Shown here: in pieces, positions 54,291 through 64,000 of the stretch
Numbering within the stretch: the first letter of the stretch is position 1
Layout of the letters: each line of letters starts with the position of its first letter
Assembly (NCBI RefSeq): GCF_009914755.1
Contig: NC_060926.1
DNA from: the human T2T-CHM13v2.0 reference genome, Homo sapiens
DNA length: 64,000 nucleotides
Strand: one strand, 5' to 3'
The notes under the pieces: generated by a model
What the model saw: only the letters and a program-made list of their open reading frames with translations
Told to the model about the DNA's origin: nothing
The model's database searches: none
Translations under genes and position numbers: made by a program

Positions 54291-57200
54291 GATAGAGCAG
54301 TTTTGAAACACTCTTTTCGTAAAATCTGCAAGAGGATATTTTGATAGCTTTGAGGATTTCGTTGGAAACGGGATTGTCTTCATATAAACTCTAGACAGAA
54401 GCATTCTCAGAAGCTTCATTGGGATGTTTCAATTGAAGTCACAGTGTTGAACAGTCCCTTTCATAGAGCAGGTTTGAAACACTCTTTTTGTAGTATCTGG
54501 AAGTGGACATTTGGAGAGATCTCAGGAATACGGTGATAAAGGAAATATCTTCCAGTAAAAGCTAAATAGAAGCAATGTCAGAAACTTTTTCATGATGTAT
54601 CTACTCAGCTAACAGAGTTGAACCTTTCCTTTGAGAGAGCAGTTTTGAAACACTCTTTTTGTGGAATCTGCAAGTGGATATTTGTCTAGCTTTGAGGATT
54701 TCGTTGGAAACGGGATTACATATAAAAAGCAGACAGCAGCATTCCCAGTAACTTCTTTGTGATGTTTGCATTCAAGTCACAGAGTTGAACATTCCCTTTC
54801 ATAGAGGAGGTTTGAAACACTCTTTTTGTAGTATCTGGATGTGGACATTTGGAGCGCTTTCAGGCCTATGGTTTAAAAGGAAATATCTTCCCCTGAAAAC
54901 TAGACAGAAGCATTCTCAGAAACTTATTTGTGATGTGCGCCCTCAACTAACAGTGTTGAAGCATTCTTTTGATAGAGCAGTTTTGAAACACTCTTTTTGT
55001 GGAATCTGCAAGTGGATATTTGTCTAGCTTTGAGGATTTCGTTGGAAACGGGATTTCATATAAAAAGCAGACAGCAGCATTCGCAGAGACTTCTTTGTGA
55101 TGTTTGCATTCAAGTCACAGAGTTGAACATTCCCTTTCATAGAGCAGGTTTGAAACACTGTTTTTGTAGTATCTGGATGTGGACATTTGGAGCGCTTTCA
55201 GGCCTATGGTGAAAAAGGAAATATCTTCCCCTGAAAACTAGACAGAAGCATTCTCAGAAACTTATTTGTGATGTGCGCCCTCAACGAACAGTGTTGAAGC
55301 TTTCTTTTGATAGAGCAGTTTTGAAACACTCTTTTTGTAATATCTGCAAGAGGATATTTGGATAGCTTTGAGGATTTCGTTGGAAACGGGATTGTCTTCA
55401 TATAAACTCTAGACAGAAGCATTCTCAGAAGCTTCATTGGGATGTTTCAATTGAAGTCACAGTGTTGAACAGTTCCTTTCATAGAGCAGGTATGAAACAC
55501 TCTTTTTGTAGTATCTGGAAGTGGACATTTGGAGAGATCTCAGGAATACGGTGATAAAGGAAATATCTTCCAATAAAAGCTAGATAGAAGCAATGTCAGA
55601 AACTTTTTCATGATGTATCTACTCAGCTAACAGAGTTGAACCTTTCTTTTGAGAGAGCAGTTTTGAAACACTCTTTTTGTGGAATCTACAAGTGGATATT
55701 TGTCTAGCTTTGAGGATTTCGTTGGAAACGGGATTACATATAAAAAGCAGACAGCAGCATTCCCAGAAACTTCTTTGTGATGTTTGCATTCAAGTCACAG
55801 AGTTGAACATTCCCTTTCATAGAGCAGGTTTGAAACACTCTTTTTGTAGTATCTGGATGTGGACCTTTGGAGCGCTTTCAGGCCTATGGTGAAAAAGGAA
55901 ATATCTTCCCCTGAAAACTAGACAGAAGCATTCTCAGAATCTTATTTGTGATGTGCGCCCTCAACGAACAGTGTTGAAGCTTTCTTTTGATAGAGCAGTT
56001 TTGAAACACTCTTTTTGTAATATCTGCAAGAGGATATTTGGATAGCTTTGAGGATTTCGTTGGAAACGGGATTGTCTTCATATAAACTCTAGACAGAAGC
56101 ATTCTCAGAAGCTTCATTGGGATGTTTCAATTGAAGTCACAGTGTTGAACAGTCCCTTTCATAGAGCAGGTTTGAAACACTCTTTTTGTAGTATCTGGAA
56201 GTGGACATTTGGAGCGCTCTCAGGACTGCGGTGAAAAAGGAACTATCTTCCAATAAAAGCTAGATAGAAGCAATGTCAGAAACTTTTTCATGATGTATCT
56301 ACTCAGCTAACAGAGTTGAACCTTCCTTTGAGAGAGCAGTTTTGAAACACTCTTTTTGTGGAATCTGCAAGTGGATATTTTTCTAGCTTTGAGGATTTCG
56401 TTGGAAACGGGATTACATATAAAAAGCAGACAGCAGCATTCCCAGTAACTTCTTTGTGATGTTTGCATTCAAGTCACAGAGTTGAACATTCCCTTTCATA
56501 GAGCAGGTTTGAAACACTCTTTTTGTAGTATCTGGATGTGGACATTTGGAGCGCTTTCAGGCCTATGGTGAAAAAGGAAATATCTTCTCCTGAAAACTAG
56601 ACAGAAGCATTCTCAGAATCTTATTTGTGATGTGCGCCCTCAACTAACAGTGTTGAAGCTTTCTTTTGATAGAGCAGTTTTGAAACACTCTTTTCGTAAA
56701 ATCTGTAAGAGGATATTTGGATAGCTTTGAGGATTTCGTTGGAAACGGGATTGTCTTCATATAAACTCTAGACAAAAGCATTCTCAGAAGCTTCATTGGG
56801 ATGTTTCAATTGAAGTCACAGTGTTGAACAGTTCCTTTCATAGAACAGGTTTGAAACACTCTTTTTGTAGTATCTGGAAGTGGACATTTGGAGCGCTCAC
56901 AGGACTGCGGTGAAAAAGGAAATATCTTCCAATAAAAGCTAGATAGAAGCAATGTCAGAAACATTTTCATGATGTATCTACTCAGCTAACAGAGTTGAAC
57001 CTTCCTTTGAGAGAGCAGTTTTGAAACACTCTTTTTGTGGAATCTGCAAGTGGATATTTGTCTAGCTTTGAGGATTTCGTTGGAAACGGGATTACATATA
57101 AAAAGCAGCCAGCAGCGTTCCCAGAAACTTCTTTGTGATGTTTGCATTCAAGTCACAGAGTTGAACATTCCCTTTCATAGAGCAGGTTTGAAACACTCTT

Positions 57201-60200
57201 TTTGTAGTATCTGGTTGTGGACATTTGCAGCGCTTTCAGGCCTAAGGTGAAAAAGGAAATATCTTCCCCTGAAAACTAGACAGAAGCATTCTCAGAAACT
57301 TATTTGTGATGTGCGCCCTCAACTAACAGTGTTGAAGCTTTCTTTTGATAGAGCAGTTTTGAAACGCTCTTTTTGTAATATCTGCAGGAGGATATTTGGA
57401 TAGCTTTGAGGATTTCGTTGGAAACGGGATTGTCTTCATATAAACTCTAGACAGAAGCATTCTCAGAAGCTTCATTGGGATGTTTCAATTGAAGTCACAG
57501 TGTTGAACAGTCCCTTTCATAGAGCAGGTTTGAAACACTCTTTTTGTAGTATCTGGAAGTGGACATTTGGAGAGATCTCAGGAATACGGTGATAAAGGAA
57601 ATATCTTCCAATAAAAGCTAGATAGAAGCAATGTCAGAAACTTTTTCATGATGTATCTACTCAGCTAACAGAGTTGAACCTTTCTTTTGAGAGAGCAGTT
57701 TTGAAACACTCTTTTTGTGGAATCTGCAAGTGGATATTTGTCTAGCTTTGAGGATTTCGTTGGAAACGGGATTACATATAAAAAGCAGACAGCAGCATTC
57801 CCACAAACTTCTTTGCGATGTTTGCATTCAAGTCACAGAGTTGAACATTCCCTTTCATAGAGCAGGTTTGAAACACTCTTTTTGTAGTATCTGGATGTGG
57901 ACATTTGGAGCGCTTTCAGGCCTATGGTGAAAAAGGAAATATCTTCCCCTGAAAACTAGACTGAAGCATTCTCAGAAACTTATTTGTGATGTGCGCCCTC
58001 AACTAACAGTGTTGAACCTTTCTTTTGATAGAGCAGTTTTGAAACACTCTTTTTGTAAAATCTGCAAGAGGATATTTGGATAGCTTTGAGGATTTCGTTG
58101 GAAACGGGATTGTCTTCATATAAACTCTAGACAGAAGCATTATCAGAAGCTTCATTGGGATGTTTCAATTGAAGTCACAGTGTTGAACAGTCCCTTTCAT
58201 AGAGCAGGTTTGAAACACTCTTTTTGTAGTATCTGGAAGTGGACATTTTGAGAGATCTCAGGAATACGGTGATAAAGGAAATATCTTCCAATAAAAGCTA
58301 GATAGAAGCAATGTCAGAAACTTTTTCATGATGTATCTACTCAGCTAACACAGTTGAACCTTTCTTTTCAGAGAGCAGTTTTGAAACACTCTTTTTGTGG
58401 AATCTGCAAGTGGATATTTGTCTAGCTTTGAGGATTTCGTTGGAAACGGGATTACATATAAAAAGCAGACAGCAGCATTCCCAGAAACTTCTTAGTGAAG
58501 TTTGCATTCAAGTCACAGAGTTGAACATTCCCTTTCATAGAGCAGGTTTGAAACACTCTTTTTGTAGTATCTGTATGTGGACATTTGGAGCGCTTTCAGG
58601 CCTATGGTGAAAAAGGAAATATCTTCCCCTGAAAACTAGACAGAAGCATTCTCAGAATCTTATTTGTGATGTGCGCCCTCAACTAACAATGTTGAAGCTT
58701 TCTTTTGATAGAGCAGTTTTGAAACACTCTTTTTGTGGAATCTGCATGTGGATATTTTTCTAGCTTTGAGGATTTCGTTGGAAACGGGATTACATATAAA
58801 AAGCAGACAGCAGCATTCCCAGAATCTTGTTTGTGATGTTTGCATTCAAGTCACAGAGTTGAACATTCCCTTTCAGAGAGCAGGTTTGAAACACTCTTTT
58901 TATAGTATCTGGATGTGGACATTTGGAGCGCTTTCAGGCCTATGGTGAAAAAGGAAATATCTTCTCCTGAAAACTAGACAGAAGCATTCTCAGAATCTTA
59001 TTTGTGATGTGCGCCCTCAACTAGCAGTGTTGAAACTTTCTTTTGATAGAGCAGTTTTGAAACACCCTTTTTGTAAAATCTGCAAGAGGATATTTGGATA
59101 GCTTTGAGGATTTCGTTGGAAACGGGATTGTCTTCATATAAAATCTAGACAGAAGCATTCTCAAAAGCTTCATTGGGATGTTTCAACTGAAGTCACAGTG
59201 TTGAACAGTCCCTTTCATAGAGCAGGTTTGAAACACTCTTTTGGTAGTATCTGGAAGTGGACATTTGGAGCGCTCTCAGGACTGCGGTGAAAAAGGAATT
59301 ATCTTCCAATAAAAGCTAGATAGAAGCAATGTCAGAAACTTTTTCATGATGTATCTACTCAGCTAACAGAGTTGAACCTTCCTTTGAGAGAGCAGTTTTG
59401 AAACACTCTTTTTGTGGAATCTGCAAGTGGATATTTGTCTAGCTTTGAGGATTTCGTTGGAAACGAGATTACATATAAAAAGCAGACAGCGGCATTCCCA
59501 GAAACTTCTTTGTGATGTTTGCATTCAAGTCACAGAGTTGAACATTCCCTTTCATAGAGCAGGTTTGAAACACTCTTTTTGTACTATCTGGATGTGGACA
59601 TTTGGAGCGCTTTCAGGCCTATGGTGAAAAAGGAAATATCTTCCCCTGAAAACTAGACAGAAGCATTCTCAGAAACTTATTTGTGATGTGCGCCCTCAAC
59701 TAACAGTGTTGAACCTTTCTTTTGATAGAGCAGTTTTGAAACACTCTTTTTGTAATATCTGCAAGAGGATATTTGGATAGCTTTGAGGATTTCGTTGGAA
59801 ACGGGATTGTCTTCATATAAACTCTAGACAGAAGCATTCTCAGAAGCTTCATTGGGATGTTTCAATTGAAGTCACAGTGTTGAACAGTCCCTTTCATAGA
59901 GCAGGTTTGAAACACTCTTTTTGTAGTATCTGGAAGTGGACATTTGGAGAGATCTCAGGAATACGGTGATAAAGGAAATATCTTCCAATAAAAGCTAGAT
60001 AGAAGCAATGTCAGAAACTTTTTCATGATGTATCTACTCAGCTAACAGAGTTGAACCTTTCTTTTGAGAGAGCAGTTTTGAAACACTCTTTTTGTGGAAT
60101 CTGCAAGTGGATATTTTTCTAGCTTTGAGGATTTCGTTGGAAACGGGATTACATATAAAAAGCAGACAGCAGCATTCCCAGAAACTTCTTTGTGAAGTTT

Positions 60201-61822
60201 GCATTCAAGTCACAGTGTTGAACATTCCCTTTCATAGAGCAGGTTTGAAACACTCTTTTTGTAGTATCTGTATGTGGACATTTGGAGCGCTTTCAGGCCT
60301 ATGGTGAAAAAGGAAATATCTTCCCCTGAAAACTAGACAGAAGCGTTCTCAGAATCTTATTTGTGATGTGCGCCCTCAACTAACAGTGTTGAAGCTTTCT
60401 TTTCATAGAGCAGTTTTGAAACACTCTTTTTGTAAAATCTCCAAGAGGATATTTGGATAGCTTTGAGGATTTCTTTGGAAACGGGATTGTCTTCATATAA
60501 ACTCTAGACAGAAGCATTCTCAGAAGCTTCATTGGGATGTTTCAATTAAAGTCACAGTGTTGAACAGTCCCTTTCATAGAGCAGGTTTGAAACACTCTTT
60601 TTGTAGTATCTGGATGTGGACATTTGGAGCGCTTTCAGGCCTATGGTGAAAAAGGAAATATCTTCCCCTGAAAACTAGACAGAAGCATTCTCAGAAACTT
60701 ATTTGTGATGTGCGCCCTCAACTAACAGTGTTGAAGCTTTCTTTTGATAGAGCAGTTTTGAAACACTCTTTTTGTGGAATCTGCAAGTGGATGTTTGTCT
60801 AGCTTTGAGGATTTCGTTGGAAACGGGATTACATATAAAAAGCAGACAGCAGCATTCCCAGAATCTTGTTTGTGATGTTTGCATTCAAGTCACAGAGTTG
60901 AACATTCCCTTTCAGAGAGCAGGTTTGAAACACTCTTTTTATAGTATCTGGATGTGGACATTTGGAGCGCTTTCAGGCCTATGGTGAAAAAGGAAATATC
61001 TTCTCCTGAAAACTAGACAGAAGCATTCTCAGAATCTTATTTGTGATGTGCGCCCTCAACTAACAGTGTTGAAGCTTTCTTTTGATAGAGCAGTTTTGAA
61101 ACACTCTTTTCGTAAAATCTGCAAGAGGATATTTGGATAGCTTTGAGGATTTCGTTGGAAACGGGATTGTCTTCATATAAACTCTAGACAGAAGCATTCT
61201 CAGAAGCTTCATTGGGATGTTTCAATTGAAGTCACAGTGTTGAACAGTCCCTTTCATAGAGCAGGTTTGAAACACTCTTTTTGTAGTATCTGGAAGTGGA
61301 CATTTGGAGAGATCTCAGGAATACGGTGATAAAGGAAATATCTTCCAATAAAAGCTAGATAGAAGCAATGTCAGAAACTTTTTCATGATGTATCTACTCA
61401 GCTAACAGAGTTGAACCTTTCTTTTGAGAGAGCAGTTTTGAAACACTCTTTTTGTGGAATCTGCAAGTGGATATTTGTCTAGCTTTGAGGATTTCGTTGG
61501 AAACGGGATTACATATAAAAAGCAGACAGCAGCATTCCCAGTAACTTCTTTGTGATGTTTGCATTCAAGTCACAGAGTTGAACATTCCCTTTCATAGAGC
61601 AGGTTTGAAACACTCTTTTTGTAGTATCTGTATACGGACATTTGCAGCGCTTTCAGGCCTAAGGTGAAAAAGGAAATATCTTCCCCTGAAAACTAGACAG
61701 AAGCATTCTCAGAAACTTATTTGTGATGTGCGCCCTTAACCAACAGTGTTGAAGCTTTCTTTTGACAGAGCAGTTTTGAAACACTCTTTTTGTGGAATCT
61801 GCAAGTGGATATTTGTCTAGCT

Positions 61823-62844
61823 TTGAGGATTTCGTTGGAAACGGGATTACATATAAAAAGCAGACAGCAGCATTCCCAGAATCTTGTTTGTGATGTTTGC
61901 ATTCAAGTCACAGAGTTGAACATTCCCTTTCAGAGAGCAGGTTTGAAACACTCTTTTTATAGTATCTGGATGTGGACATTTGGAGCGCTTTCAGGCCTAT
62001 GGTGAAAAAGGAAATATCTTCTCCTGAAAACTAGACAGAAGCATTCTCAGAATCTTATTTGTGATGAGCGCCCTCAACTAACAGTGTTGAAGCTTTCTTT
62101 TGATAGAGCAGTTTTGAAACACTCTTTTCGTAAAATCTGCAAGAGGATATTTTGATAGCTTTCAGGATTTCGTTGGAAACGGGATTGTCTTCATATAAAA
62201 TCTAGACAGAAGCATTCTGAGAAGCTTCATTGGGATGTTTCAATTGAAGTCACAGTGTTGAACAGTCCCTTTCATAGAGCAGGTTTGAAACACTCTTTTT
62301 GTAGTATCTGGAAGTGGACATTTGGAGAGATCTCAGGAATACGGTGATAAAGGAAATATCTTCCAATAAAAGCTACATAGAAGCAATGTCAGAAACTTTT
62401 TCATGATGTATCTACTCAGCTAACAGAGTTGAACCTTTCCTTTGAGAGAGCAGTTTTGAAACACTCTTTTTGTGGAATCTGCAAGTGGATATTTGTCTAG
62501 CTTTGAGGATTTCGTTGGAAACGGGATTATCTTCATATAAACTCTAGACAGAAGCATTCTCAGAAGCTTCATTGGGATGTTTCAATTGAAGTCACAGTGT
62601 TGAACAGTCCCTTTCATAGAGCAGGTTTGAAACACTCTTTTTGTAGTATCTGGATGTGGACATTTGGAGCGCTTTCAGGCCTATGGTTTAAAAGGAAATA
62701 TCTTCCCCTGAAAACTAGACAGAAGCATTCTCAGAAACTTATTTGTGATGTGCGCCCTCAACTAACAGTGTTGAAGCATTCTTTTGATAGAGCAGTTTTG
62801 AAACACTCGTTTTGTGGAATCTGCAAGTGGATATTTGTCTAGCT
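61823..62844 (+). repeat. 6-mer variant (1022 bp) produced by a P-to-Q chimeric junction at a CENP-B box
   Basis: At ~62470-62550 P-type upstream sequence is followed by the box and then TTATCTTCATATAAACTCTAGA (Q-type). Confidence 0.85.
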
Positions 62845-64000
62845 TTGAGGATTTCGTTGGAAACGGGATTACATATAAAAAGCAGACAGCAGCATTCCCA
62901 GAAACTTCTTTGTGATGTTTGCATTCAAGTCACAGAGTTGAACATTCCCTTTCATAGAGCAGGTTTGAAACACTCTTTTTGTAGTATCTGGATGTGGACA
63001 TTTGCAGCGCTTTCAGGCCTAAGGTGAAAAAGGAAATATCTTCCCCTGAAAACTAGACAGAAGCATTCTCAGAAACTTATTTGTGATGTGCGCCCTCAAC
63101 TAACAGTGTTGAAGCTTTCTTTTGATAGAGCAGTTTTGAAACACTCTTTTTGTAATATCTGCAAGAGGATATTTGGATAGCTTTGAGGATTTCGTTGGAA
63201 ACGGGATTGTCTTCATATAAACTCTAGACAGAAGCATTCTCAGAAGCTTCATTGGGATGTTTCAATTGAAGTCACAGTGTTGAACAGTTCCTTTCATAGA
63301 ACAGGTTTGAAACACTCTTTTTGTAGTATCTGGAAGTGGACATTTGGAGCGCTCTCAGGACTATGGTGAAAAAGGAAATATCTTCCAATAAAAGCTACAT
63401 AGAAGCAATGTCAGAAACTTTTTCATGATGTATCTACTCAGCTAACAGAGTTGAACCTTTCTTTTGATAGAGCAGTTTTGAAACACTCTTTTTGTAATAT
63501 CTGCAAGAGGATATTTGGATAGCTTTGAGGATTTCGTTGGAAACGGGATTACATATAAAAAGCAGACAGCAGCATTCCCAGAATCTTGTTTGCGATGTTT
63601 GCATTCAAGTCACAGAGTTGAACATTCCCTTTCAGAGAGCAGGTTTGAAACACTCTTTTTATAGTATCTGGATGTGGACATTTGGAGCGCTTTCAGGCCT
63701 ATGGTGAAAAAGGAAATATCTTCTCCTGTAAACTAGACAGAAGCATTCTCAGAATCTTATTTGTGATAAGCGCCCTCAACTAACAGTGTTGAAGCTTTCT
63801 TTTGATAGAGCAGTTTTGAAACACTCTTTTCGTAAAATCTGCAAGAGGATATTTGGATAGCTTTGAGGATTTCGTTGGAAACGGGATTGTCTTCATATAA
63901 ACTCTAGACAGAAGCATTCTCAGAAGCTTCATTGGGATGTTTCAATTGAAGTCACAGTGTTGAACAGTCCCTTTCATAGAGCAGGTTTGAAACACTCTTT

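Larger units (their letters stand above)
1..64000 (+). repeat. Centromeric alpha-satellite HOR array, 680-bp 4-mer, dimeric (SF2-like); probably human chr2 D2Z1
   Basis: Tandem ~170-bp monomers with alphoid motifs (GAAACACTCTTTTTGTAG, CATTCTCAGAAACT, TTTCGTTGGAAACGGGA) run from base 1 to base 64000. Near-identical sequence recurs every 680 bp (unit starts 1, 681, 1361, 2041, 2721...). There is one XbaI TCTAGA per HOR (e.g. 379-384). The alphoid call is certain; the D2Z1 assignment rests on recalling D2Z1 as a 680-bp XbaI 4-mer (~0.75). Confidence 0.98.

Noticed and set aside
1-63707. About 130 short ORFs (60-90 aa) such as MWNLQVDICLALRISLETG...
   Set aside because: They recur at the satellite period, many use TTG/GTG starts, and they are opened or closed by single substitutions (e.g. 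CAGAAA vs CAGTAA). I recognise no protein family, so they are chance frames in the repeat.
1-64000. CRISPR-like or other repeat-spacer array (conserved box every ~340 bp)
   Set aside because: The intervening sequence is itself near-identical repeat rather than unique spacers, and there are no cas-like ORFs.
1-64000. L1/Alu insertion, inversion or non-satellite island
   Set aside because: Box positions continue on the + strand at 333-342-bp spacing throughout, leaving no room for foreign sequence. I saw no poly(A) tail, target-site duplication or reverse-orientation box.
1-64000. Calling this the kinetochore (CENP-A/CDR) site, or a previously undescribed system
   Set aside because: Kinetochore position is epigenetic and cannot be read from sequence. 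Everything seen fits known alpha-satellite HOR biology.

Overview
The whole 64-kb window is one uninterrupted, unidirectional primate centromeric alpha-satellite higher-order-repeat (HOR) array. It is built from ~170-bp monomers in a ~680-bp 4-monomer HOR made of a 338-bp dimer ('P', box followed by TTACATATAAAAAGCAGACAG) and a 342-bp dimer ('Q', box followed by TTGTCTTCATATAAACTCTAGA). A CENP-B box lies in every second monomer and there is one XbaI site per HOR. This best fits human chromosome 2 D2Z1 (SF2 dimeric family), which is an inference and not a search result. I see no genes, transposon insertions, inversions or CRISPR arrays; the supplied ORFs are translation artefacts of the repeat. 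I found no new biological system. What is worth a second look is the internal evolutionary structure: a hybrid 4-mer domain (1-25 kb) switching to a dimer/6-mer-rich domain (>25.8 kb), recent multi-HOR tandem duplications (3400 bp, 3395 bp, 2372/1692 bp), long-range copied patches, recombinant junctions, and a zone enriched in mutated CENP-B boxes (34-53 kb). Breakpoints and counts were made by eye and are approximate.
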